Shown piece after piece: positions 52,267-62,397 of a stretch of 64,000 nucleotides of DNA (position 1 is the first letter of the stretch; each line of letters opens with the position of its first letter). Location: contig MU008183.1 in NCBI GenBank assembly GCA_010909165.1, positions 620,001 to 684,000 of the forward strand. The letters are read 5' to 3'. The notes below the pieces were generated by a model that was given only the letters and a program-made list of their open reading frames with translations, was not told where the DNA came from and did not search any database. Position numbers and translations under genes: made by a program. The stretch is from Anthoceros angustus. Lineage: Eukaryota; Plantae; Anthocerotophyta.

Positions 52267-54719
52267 ATGGGTGATGGTGTCATGGGGTAGCAGGGGAAGG
52301 GCCGGGGCTGGGGCAGGGAGGGAGGACAGAGTGGTGGTGTCCAGGTGGTGGGCTTGGAACCGGAATTTACCGCCGCGATCGTCCTCGGCGCTGGCCCAGC
52401 TGCCCTCCATCACTGTGGTGGCAGCCGGGCAAGAGTGCAGGTCGATCTGGCCGGTGTAGTGCACAGGACAGGGCTTGCCAGGAGCGTACAGCTTCGTCAT
52501 GCGGAGTCTCAAGATGTGGGACTGTCGGGACACTGTGCCTGTGCAGAAGCCACGTGCAAGGGATGTGAGATGGAGGATACGTGGCATGGAAGCATGGGAA
52601 GGATGGGGTGGAAGGCAGGAAGGAAAGGAAGGACGGAATGAAATGGAGGAGTGGAACACTGTGGTGATGGGTAGGAGGACTGACCCAGGAATGTGAACGT
52701 TCCTGCCACGTCGCTGCCGAAACCGAAGATGCGGTTGCTGCTGGTGATGACCAGGGCACCTCCGTCCACCAGCTGAGTGCCTGCTGCGCTTTCGGGGTTG
52801 CACACCTCTCGGTAGCCGGTCCAGTGGACTCCATAGCCGGCTGCTGCTGCTGCCCCTGTTTCAAGCTTCTGCAGGGAGAATGTGTGGGTGTCGGAGGGCT
52901 CGAATATGGCCACCATGTCGTGGAAGGTCCAGTGGCCTCGGATCTGCTCCTGGCCGTCTGCGGAGCTCCTGATGCCGTCGTACTGGAGGCGGTAGCTGGG
53001 GTTGTTGAGGTACTGCTTGCGGAGCACCATCCGATCTTCCTCCACGAAGTCACCTGTGGGCGGGATGGATGTTGGCTAATACAAAGTTCCTGGTGATGTA
53101 TATGAGCAGTAGGACTGCAGCGAGGAGTTTTGGAGGTGGGGTCCCAGGGTGTCTCACCTTCCCATGTCCACTCTCCCAGGTAGTCCATGCCGAAGCCGCA
53201 GGGCCTGGTGTCGTCCATGAGGAATGCCTTTGCGCTCATTTGCTTCTGGCTCCTGCGTTGCATATACCATCCTTCCCATGCCTCCAGCTCTCCAGCAACA
53301 TTGAGTGTTTTCTGAAATCAACACACTTAGGGCATGCATGGCTGAGCCTGTGCGACACTCAGGCTCATGGGTGAGACTTGCGTACCGAGGTGATTGCTTG
53401 GGCTTCGGAGATGGTGGTGATGCCAGTGGACGGAAGTGGAGAGTGAAGATGGAAAGTGCCGTACTTCTGTTGCTTCACATCAGACCATTTGCCCTCCATG
53501 GTGATGGAGTTGGTGGGAGTCAGAGACAACTGTCCCCAGAAGTGCAGGCAATGAGGGCGTATGTCCGGCTGGTACATCTTCACAGAGGTAATCCTCAGCG
53601 CATGATCTTTTTGACAGTATGTTCCTGTTCAAAGATACCAACATGGGTTGTCATACCTGGAGGCAGAAGTTTCACGTTGTCGCTCTTTCATGCAGCAGCA
53701 GAAATGGATCCTACCTGTGTGTGTGAAGGTCCCTTTTGTGTCTGTACCAAAGCCAAACACCACGTTCTGGCTGGTAAACACGAACATTGTGTCGTCGGTG
53801 CGCCGTTTATCGCTGCCAGACTCCCAGTAACCAGTCCAGTTGTGTCCAATTGCTGAGACCACAGATGAGGCATCTCTTTGAAGGGAGAAAGCTCCAGATT
53901 GGTTTGGACCCACTGACCAGGATCCTTCCAGCACCTCCTGCCCTTTCCTGAACAATCTTCTTCCACTGTACTGAATGGTGTAACCAGGGCTCGTCACATA
54001 TTGCTTCCGAAGCAGCACTTGGTGCGTGCCAATGGTCTCACCTGCACCCTTCCAGACCGTCAGCACATCACATCAGCACACCTCCAGGGGCTTGACGACT
54101 GCCAGAGCATACCTTCCCACGTCCACTGCCCGATCGCGTCATGTCCATAGCCACATAGCCTGTTGCTGCCGGTCTGGAACAACGCAGCTCTCATGCTGTA
54201 TGTCAACCCCTCACACACATACGAGCCCTTCCAACAATCCAGAACGTTCTGGGAACGAGGCTCCTGCTGCGGGTCAAACTTCGCAGCCTCAAGAAGCCTG
54301 CTCAGTTCCCTTGCTGTCTCCTCCTCCCTTGCAGCATCAGCAACTGGGCTGTGGAGCTCATGTTTGATATCACCTGCCAACCTAGCCTCCTTCTGCACAT
54401 CCTTGATCCGCCCCGTCAGTCTCCCAATCAGCTGAGACCATCTCTGCCTCGTCAGAAACGCGAGATGCCGAGGCAGGGAACCGGACTGCTCCTCCCAGGC
54501 CAGAGCTTGCGTGAGCAAGCCATCAGCCTCCTTCAGCAGAGGCTCCACTGCCTGCACCCAACTGTCCCCACCCGCGCCCTGAGGCTCCACAAGCACCTGC
54601 CGGAGCTCCTCCCACGTCCCCAACGACTTGGTGGCCTCAGCAGCCGATTTGCTCACATGCTCCAGCAATGCCATGACTCCCGTCCCTGTAGCCGCTGCTG
54701 GGTCCGCCATGGCAGCCAT
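52060..54719 (-). CDS. Unrecognised 724-aa protein: N-terminal helical domain, four tandem W.G..G.G.D..G.F..G..K.Y..Y.G..EG.W..G.F.L repeats, Pro-rich tail; 6 exons
   Basis: Exons 54719-54113, 54041-53715, 53624-53386, 53311-53158, 53053-52685, 52538-52060 total 2175 nt, are stop-free, and are separated by GT-AG introns with consistent phases. Confidence 0.85.
52237..52264. repeat. (GGCT)7 microsatellite inside the predicted last exon
   Basis: Seven perfect tetramers encoding PASQPASQPAS on the minus strand. Confidence 0.95.
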
Positions 54720-54899
54720 TCGAGCCTTTGCTCCAAGCGCAAGTCTGGCTGTTAGTGTCACAATGATGCTCCGAGCTAAGCTTCAGAGACTTGTGCTCTC
54801 TGCCTCCTTGGTGGTGATGAATCTCGTACATCCTGTGTGGGCCTGCACAGACAAGTGAGTGCTTGCTGACAGTGATTCGAAAGTCTGGAGAATCCTGTG

Positions 54900-57230
54900 A
54901 CCTGATTCCAAGCCAGTACAACATGACCGCAGCTGGCTATGACCGGGAACGTCCTGGTGAAAGCATTTCTTTCATCTGGTTTGTTCAGCCATTTTGCCCT
55001 GAGGAGTTGGCTCGATCAGTGATGCACGGCTGGTCAAGATCCTCAGAGCGAGGCTGTTCTTTGTTGCCAGGTATACCGCCAAAACGTGAGTGGGGGTCGA
55101 TTCAGCCCGAAACCAGTTTTATCTGACCACTTCTGACGGCAGCATGTGACTTGTACATGTGCACGACAATCTTAAGCCGGATGTCGCAATGATACGAAAA
55201 TCGCATGCCTGTCTGTTATAGCGGTGTCTGGCTTAAGGTTGTCGGCGGCTACTGAGCATGGCATTGAGATACAAATTCAATTTGCTGGAGACTGGGCCAG
55301 GGCTTCTCTGCTAGAAAGAACATGGTATAACGCACAAGCATGGCAGGGTGCAGCAGAAGGCTCACCTGGAAGGACGAGAACTTCATGGAGACAAGCTCCT
55401 AACCATGAGCAATTACAAAGCGTGGGAAACCTCAAATTGCATTCGCATTGCGAAGAAGTTGCGTGCTCCTCATCAAACCTGAGCTGGCTGCAAGGCCACG
55501 TCCGGTTCGTGGCAAAACGACTTTGGCTACTGTCTGGGCTGGTCTTCTTCTTACCAACCAAACTGGTGGAGACCAAGAACGTAGACTGGCTGAGAGATGC
55601 AACTCTTAGCGGGTGACAACCGCAATCATCCAGGCATGCAGGCTGAGAATTTGCAGGACACAGCTAAAGGCCGATATGGGACAAGCATGTTGGCAAGTTT
55701 CCAGTACAATCTCCTGTCAAAGGATAACGTGCAGAAGGAGAGTGGTCGGCCAAGGAGGGGAGCGGTTCTGGCGAGGTACACCGGGTGACACCACCAGCCT
55801 GTCTCTTTGCTCCTCTACCACTGCCACATGCAGAACCCTTAACCCTAACCCGGGCAACTGCATAGCCCGCCTAAGGCCGGCCATCCCGCAGAAACCCTGG
55901 CCGCTGTTTTGTGCTGTGTTGCACAGGTCGTCCTTTTAGGTTTTGCTGTCTGAGGGTTTGATCAAGTCCTGGGCTGTGCGAGTGAGGGAGCTGTTGGTGA
56001 GCCGGAGAGATGCCAAGGATGACGAGAAGGCGGATTTCTGTGAAGCCTTTCAGGCTCGGGAGCCTTCATGTTGCACACGCTGACGAGGCTTCCATTTGAC
56101 GCCATTCTAGTTGTTGTCCGGGCAGTTTGCGGCGTCCTAGGTTTTTAGGGTTTGAGCCTTGAGTTCTGTCGCCTCCAGGTTTTCGGTTGACGACTTCACG
56201 TCTGAATCGCATGATGTTGGATCGTAACACTCTGTTGATGCACTTGCAGAAGTTGTGGAACTTGCAGAACTTAGAGTGTTCGGAATTGGACGACTTCTCA
56301 GTAAGCCGCTTTCCCACTTCTGTGGAACCCGCTTGAAGATAGACATTTCGTCCATCTGTGGAGCTTCTTATAGGTTTGACAAGCTTGCCAAGTAGCTTTG
56401 GCTCCTCTACTTCACGAATTGTAGAAGACCTTTGCTTTGTGAGCTGCTTGTGCATCGCCTGCTGTAGGACCAGCACATGTCTTCTCCCTTTTTAACACAG
56501 CAGTTGATACAGCCATTCCCGTTGCACCTACACGCGAGCAAGCTTGCCAGCAGCTGGCAACTGACTGAACAAGGTCCTGACGCTTGCCTTTGGAATCAAT
56601 ATTGCATCCAGAAAAACTATGGTGTACAGGACTACTGATGTGATACGTGAAATGAGATCCTGAGGGGCTGGACGTATAGTGTGGAGGCTCTGTAGAACAT
56701 CGCACTGCTGACTGCTGTTTCAAGACCATGGCCAGGTCAAGACCTACCAAGATGTGAACTTGAGTACATGACATGATTTGCTTGCCGGGCAGCATTTGCA
56801 AGAAGGGAAACGACCCTACACATGCTACTAGATGGCGGAAGCTGCTGGAGAGCACGCACCTGAAACTGCGCGCATACATTTCAACACGCTTAAGACCTGG
56901 AGAAAGTAAAACGCTTCATAACCTAGGCTTCTTGATGTCGTGACACAAACGCAAAGCAACATTCAGATCTTCACAGGCTGGCTTTAGACAAGAACGAGGA
57001 ACCACCTACAAGGTAAGAGCCTGAGCTTGCAAGAGCTCACCTCACCGGCACCCTCCATCTTGGAAGGTGAGCTTCCGAGCTTGCAAGAGCTCACCTCACC
57101 GGCACTCTCCATCTTGGAAGGTGAGCTTGCAAGCTCAGGCTGTGTAGGTGTAATGACCGCAGCATCGATCACTTCGACCTCGATGCCGGCATGCATCACG
57201 CATACAGAATGTAAGCTAATTTAAATTTCT
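54900..57230 (+). pseudogene. Probable decayed NB-ARC-LRR (NLR) gene
   Basis: GKTTLATVW at 55511-55537 (GTSGSGKTTLA if two 1-nt insertions are removed); LLSKDNV 55711-55731; CTGRP 55920-55934; SHDV ~56207-56218; then LQKLWNLQNL, LTSLPSSFGS (56376-56405) and LPSLQEL..LEGELP. Order matches P-loop, kinase-2, GLPL, MHD, LRR. Confidence 0.5.
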
Positions 57231-58168
57231 TTCATGGAACTAGCGAGCTGAATCGACCGTGAGGCAGGGAGTAGCTTGCTCCTCTACTTCACGAATTGTA
57301 GAAGACCTTTGCTTTGTGAGCTGCTTGTGCATCGCCTGCTGTAGGACCAGCACATGTCTTCTCCCTTTTAACACAGCAGTTGATACAGCCATTCCCGTTG
57401 CACCTACACGCGAGCAAGCTTGCCAGCAGCTGGCAACTGACTGAACAAGGTCCTGACGCTTGCCTTTGGAATCAATATTGCATCCAGAAAAACTATGGTG
57501 TACAGGACTACTGATGTGATACGTGAAATGAGATCCTGAGGGGCTGGACGTATAGTGTGGAGGCTCTGTAGAACATCGCACTGCTGACTGCTGTTTCAAG
57601 ACCATGGCCAGGTCAAGACCTACCAAGATGTGAACTTGAGTACATGACATGATTTGCTTGCCGGGCAGCATTTGCAAGAAGGGAAACGACCCTACACATG
57701 CTACTAGATGGCGGAAGCTGCTGGAGAGCACGCACCTGAAACTGCGCGCATACATTTCAACACGCTTAAGACCTGGAGAAAGTAAAACGCTTCATAACCT
57801 AGGCTTCTTGATGTCGTGACACAAACGCAAAGCAACATTCAGATCTTCACAGGCTGGCTTTAGACAAGAACGAGGAACCACCTACAAGGTAAGAGCTTCC
57901 GAGCTTGCAAGAGCTCACCTCACCGGCACCCTCCATCTTGGAAAGGTGAGCTTCCGAGCTTGCAAGAGCTCACCTCACCGGCACTCTCCATCTTGGAAAG
58001 GTGAGCTTCCGAGCTTGCAAGCTCGGAAGCTGTGTAGGTGTAATGACCGCAGCATCGATCACTTCGACCTCGATGCCGGCATGCATCACGCATACAGAAT
58101 GTAAGCTAATTTAAATTTCTTTCATGGAACTAGCGAGCTGAATCGACCGTGAGGCAGGGAGTAGCTTG
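56402..58168. repeat. Near-identical tandem duplication, ~880-bp unit, each with internal 51-52-bp repeats
   Basis: 56402-57277 aligns with 57278-58168. Differences are mainly homopolymer length (CTTTTT vs CTTTT; GGAAGG vs GGAAAGG) and extra GAGCTTCC units. Confidence 0.95.
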
Positions 58169-58364
58169 AAGCTTCCGGCATGTAGTACTGCCTTTCTGGA
58201 ATACTCGTCACGGATTCAATTTGGTGGACATTAGGGCAGGGCTTCTCTGCTAGCCTAGAAAATGAAATGGTTCTTAGGCCAACGGTCGCAAGAGAGGACA
58301 CGAGATCGCATACATATTCAGCGTCTCTTCCCTACAGATAAACTGCGAAGCATACTATTCAGGG

Positions 58365-59384
58365 ATGGAGGGAAACAATTCAGGGATGGCGGCAGAGAAT
58401 TCAGGGAGCTCGAGCGAGGAAAAGGATGTCATGGAGGAAAGAAACCCTCCGAGGTTCTCGCATATGACCGTGCCGTTCAATCCTTGCCCGATTGATTCAC
58501 GGCCTGCCCGAAATGTGGCTGGTGCTCTTACGCATGGTCGCAACTCTGCGACAAAGCTAGTGTGGCGCTCCGTCAGGGACGCGACGAAGAACGAGTTCAT
58601 GGTGAACTTACTGGCCATACAGGAACGAGAGTTACAGGGAAGACGCAAGCTCTATCTGCTGGTGCATTACCATTGGGCCATGAGCGCATCGAGCTTCTTC
58701 CCCTCACACTGGGAAAAGGAGGCGGTGAAACTGTACGGGGACTCCAGCGTAGTTAGGCTAACAGATGTCCTACATAGCCTGAAGAGGGAGGCACCGACGT
58801 TGAGGCCCTATCACATTTGGCCACCCATTCGCCACTTCGGAGAGTACAAAACGAGTCCCTGTTTGGTGCAGATGGGTATCCCTGAGCACAAAACTGTGCT
58901 GCTCTACTTTGAGCTGCCTGAGCAGAGTGATCAGCCTGAGCAGCCTGAGCAGAGTGATCTGCCTGAGCAAAGTGATCTGCCTGAGCAGCCTAAGCAAAGT
59001 GATCTGCCTGAGCAGCCTGAGCAAAGTGATCTGCCTGAGCAGCCTGAGCAAAGTGATCTGCCTGAGCAGAGTGATCTGCCTGATCTGCCCGAGCAGCCTG
59101 TGCAGAGTGATGTGCCTGAGCAGCGTGAGCAGAGTGATCTGCCTGAGCAGCCTGAGCAGAGTGATCTGCCTCAGCAGCCTGGACAGCCTAGGTCTCCCCT
59201 GACTGATCCAAAACACCTCGGTTGGAGATGGATCCCTCTGGAAAGCTGTTTGCTACTGCTTGGAGGGATGATTAAGCGGGTGCCAGCGTTGGCGCCACCC
59301 CTTTTCCAGTTGTGTCTGAACGGCGGTTTGAACTTGGAGACGTTAGTAGTGTCGACCCAATCCCAGTTTTTTTCCAGTGGTTAA
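58365..59384 (+). CDS. Orphan protein, 339 aa, intronless, with internal EQPEQSDLP repeats; paralogue of 62358-63437
   Basis: Clean ATG-to-stop ORF with long conserved blocks shared with the second copy (KLYLLV..YWAM, AVKLYGDSSVVRL, HIWPPI.HFGEY.TSP, RW.PLESC). Confidence 0.72.
   Translation: MEGNNSGMAAENSGSSSEEKDVMEERNPPRFSHMTVPFNPCPIDSRPARNVAGALTHGRNSATKLVWRSVRDATKNEFMVNLLAIQERELQGRRKLYLLVHYHWAMSASSFFPSHWEKEAVKLYGDSSVVRLTDVLHSLKREAPTLRPYHIWPPIRHFGEYKTSPCLVQMGIPEHKTVLLYFELPEQSDQPEQPEQSDLPEQSDLPEQPKQSDLPEQPEQSDLPEQPEQSDLPEQSDLPDLPEQPVQSDVPEQREQSDLPEQPEQSDLPQQPGQPRSPLTDPKHLGWRWIPLESCLLLLGGMIKRVPALAPPLFQLCLNGGLNLETLVVSTQSQFFSSG
58915..59185 (+). repeat. In-frame 9/18/27-bp coding minisatellite (GAGCAG CCT / AGTGATCTGCCT)
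   Basis: Encodes ~90 aa of PEQ/SDL repeats without breaking frame. Confidence 0.95.
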
Positions 59385-59639
59385 ACGAGAACGGGAACTT
59401 TGCTGGCGACCGAATCCCAGTCGCACTCGGGAAATGTATGTACTTAGTAGGTGAAAGCTCCACCTAATACGGATGACTTGTGAACTTGTGAGCAGCAATG
59501 ACAAGTTGGTGTATACGGAATAATAATTTAGTGAAAATAGAGTGAGATATATTGTGAATTAAGAAATAGGAGTGTTGTTATAGATTTTGGTGCGCGGATA
59601 ACTTGTTCCACAATGTGTCTATACTACTTGGAGCTAGGG

Positions 59640-59880
59640 ATATTTCCTCGAGTGCCATCTAGGTGATGGCACACCAGATTTGGCTTCATTCAGTGTTGCT
59701 TTCCTCGTCAATGCCAACCCGCCCGACCTCTTGCGAGCAGGCAAGGAGTTGAACCAGGCAGGATGGAGTGCCATCTAGGTGATAGCACACCAGATCTGGC
59801 TTCATTCGGTGTTGCCTTCCTTGCCAATGCCAACCCGCCCGACCTCTTGCGAGCAGGCAAGGAGTTGAACCTGGGAGGAT
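59640..59880. repeat. Tandem duplication, ~118-bp unit
   Basis: GAGTGCCATCTAGGTGAT.GCACACCAGAT...GCAGGCAAGGAGTTGAACC occurs twice. Confidence 0.9.
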
Positions 59881-60539
59881 GGACCACCTCTGCTCTGACG
59901 GAAGAACCCGAGCGATGTCCACGGTTACAGGCGGCCTCGGTGGAAGTCGTAGGCATCAAATATGCCGTCGACAGTGTGGGGACTGTCATCGAGGAAGGTT
60001 TGAAGAAAGTAGGCTTCGACAAAGCAGAGTAGATAGCTGGGGTCATGTACATCACACACAGAACTCTCGCATATTATTTATCAGGTGACGATGGTATAGC
60101 CAGCCATGCTCGAACAACCCTAATCAATTGGTACGCATGAGTCAGCCACCTTCCTTCTGAAATATTCCCACAGATGCTTGTTCCGCTCCTGTGGACAGTG
60201 AGGTAGGCCCTGATACTGCCAATTGCTCATGTGCGATTGGCTTAGAAGAATTTGGGCTTAGCACCATTTACGCTTGCTGCAGGGCAGCATCCGCTTTCCG
60301 CAGCCAGGCAAAGATCCATTCAGATGCGATGGCCCACGGGACGGCAAAAACAATGCTCAGCCCCTAATTGACAAGTGTTTTAGTTTCCACCAACGCCGCT
60401 ATTGCAAGCACTTTGCATGGAACATGGGTGAGATCACATCCATATACGAGGTGGGATTCAAGCCGAATTTGACAAGTCACCAAAACAAGGTATCTTAGCT
60501 TTTGCTACAATTTAAGCTCGCACAGCCACAAAAGTCAAC

Positions 60540-61450
60540 TTGTGGTCTTCCAGTCTTCTCGGCCCTACAGGAAATGATATTTGGAGCAAGGTGGCTGCAG
60601 CAATAATTGCAACTTGCCATGATTTCGACAAGAATTCACAGGCATGTAGGCAAAAGTGGAAATTGATTTATAAGGACTACAAGGCGGACAAGGCTCACAA
60701 TGCCATATCAGGCAACAACAGGTCTCAAAAATGTGCATGGTTTGGCATTGTTGACCTCTACATGCATAATCGTCCTCACGTTGTGTGTGAGGTTCATGCC
60801 TCTTCACACAAGGGGTCGAGTGTGGATAGTTCTTCGATGAGCAGAGTCAGCAATGAAGAGATGGCCAAAAAGAGGAGGATTGGTCAAGATAATGCATCTG
60901 ATGCTATCAGTCTCTTGAGTTCCATGTCCTAGAAACTTGAAGGAAAAGAACGTAGCATTTTTAGAGAGTTTAGTGGCCACTCTGTCCATAGGATTGAAAA
61001 ATCAGCCTTAGTTTTACTTCTGCCTTACAGGATTGAAAAATCAGCCTTATATAGAACAGGCTCTCTTGAGGTACACAAGCGGACTGAATGATGATCACAG
61101 TTCTTCATCACAAGACTCTAAATCTGTGTCTTCCAAAAAAACTAGCCTAATATTCTTTTGGGTTCTGGTTTCATATAAAGCTCTAGGTATGTTCCGAATT
61201 CGCTTCACTCCTGCTTCATATCCAAGCATCTCAACTTCGTCTTCCTGTTCTTCTCCGTGTGTAGATTGAACCTTGTGGACATTCCCCCTACCATGACGCA
61301 CCCCATTCAATTCATATAGAGTTTCTCAAGCTGCTCTTGTGGCCTCCTTGTCATCATCCATATCATGAACACATGAATATGCTGCCTCTTCTAGCCACGC
61401 TTGATCAAATGCGTCCATATGAATGATGCACCCGATTGTGCAACTTAAAT
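60540..61450. mobile_element. Myb/SANT (trihelix-type) ORF on plus and a possible transposase C-terminal remnant on minus: PIF/Harbinger-like relic
   Basis: 60540-60932 reads W.KVAAAI..CRQKWKLIYKDYK..HN..SG..CAWF..VD. The minus strand near 61445-61390 gives LHN.CIIHMDAFDQAWLEE with one frameshift. The two-ORF layout fits Harbinger elements (inference). Confidence 0.45.
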
Positions 61451-61502
61451 AGGGTTTTCGAATTACGGCTGTGACAAAGTAATAGTTAAGTGGTCGTTAT
61501 TA

Positions 61503-61636
61503 CATATAAGTACCTCACGTCTCTGAATTGAGGTAGCCTTTTTGTGTATTTTTAATTCATGGTATTAGCATATAAGTACCTCACGTCTCTGAATTAAGGC
61601 AGCCTTTTTGTGTATTTTTAATTTCTGGTATTAGTA
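61503..61636. repeat. Tandem duplication, ~66-bp unit
   Basis: CATATAAGTACCTCACGTCTCTGAATT.AGG.AGCCTTTTTGTGTATTTTTAATT..TGGTATTAG occurs twice. Confidence 0.9.
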
Positions 61637-61689
61637 GACCGTTCTAGTAGGTATATGAAAAAAGATTATTACAATCATACGAAAATAAA

Positions 61690-62397
61690 AGTCAAGTCAT
61701 CCTTATTATACAATCAACTTATCAATGCCACTTTTAAGTCATCCACCAAAGTCATCTTTATAAGACACTCAACTTACCGCTACTACTACTACTACTACTG
61801 ACAAATCATATACCCAAGTCATCCTTATAATATACCCAAGTCATCCTTATAATACGATCAACTTATTAGTGCCAATCAACTCACAATTCATCCAGTCATT
61901 TTTATTATGCAATCAACCTACCACTAATACTCACAAATCATTTATCCGGATCATCCTTATTAAACAATGAACTTATTGTTGCTGTTGACAAAGTCATATG
62001 CCCAGTCATCCTTATCACACATAATCAACTTGTCAATGTTGCCCACTAAGTCATCCATATTAGGTACAATTTCCGGTATGCTAAAAAACGCACTAACAGG
62101 CTTACCGCTACTACTCACAAATCATATACCCAACTCATCCTTATTATACGATCAACTTATCATACCAATCAACTCACAAGTCATCTGCCCAAGTCATTTT
62201 TGTTATACAATCAACTTACCACTACTATTCATAAATCATTTATCCAAATCATCCTTATTAAACAATCAACTTATTATTCTTGCTGACAAAGTCATCCGCC
62301 CGGTCATCCTTATCATACACAATCTACTTGTCAATGCTACCCACTAAGTCATCCATATTAGGTAGAGATTCCCGGTATGTTCAAAAACGCACTAGCA
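61690..62397. repeat. AT-rich degenerate satellite (AAGTCATCCTTATTATACAATCAACTTA core) with a ~300-bp higher-order duplication
   Basis: The core recurs more than ten times; 61790-62097 aligns with 62100-62397. Confidence 0.85.

Noticed and set aside
55834-55851. AACCCT x3 telomere-like motif
   Set aside because: Too short and not the plant TTTAGGG array.
58770-59216. LLRLLRQIT leucine-repeat ORFs (also 62556-62885)
   Set aside because: Antisense translations of the EQP minisatellites.
61967-62347. 126-aa plus ORF
   Set aside because: Translation of AT-rich satellite.
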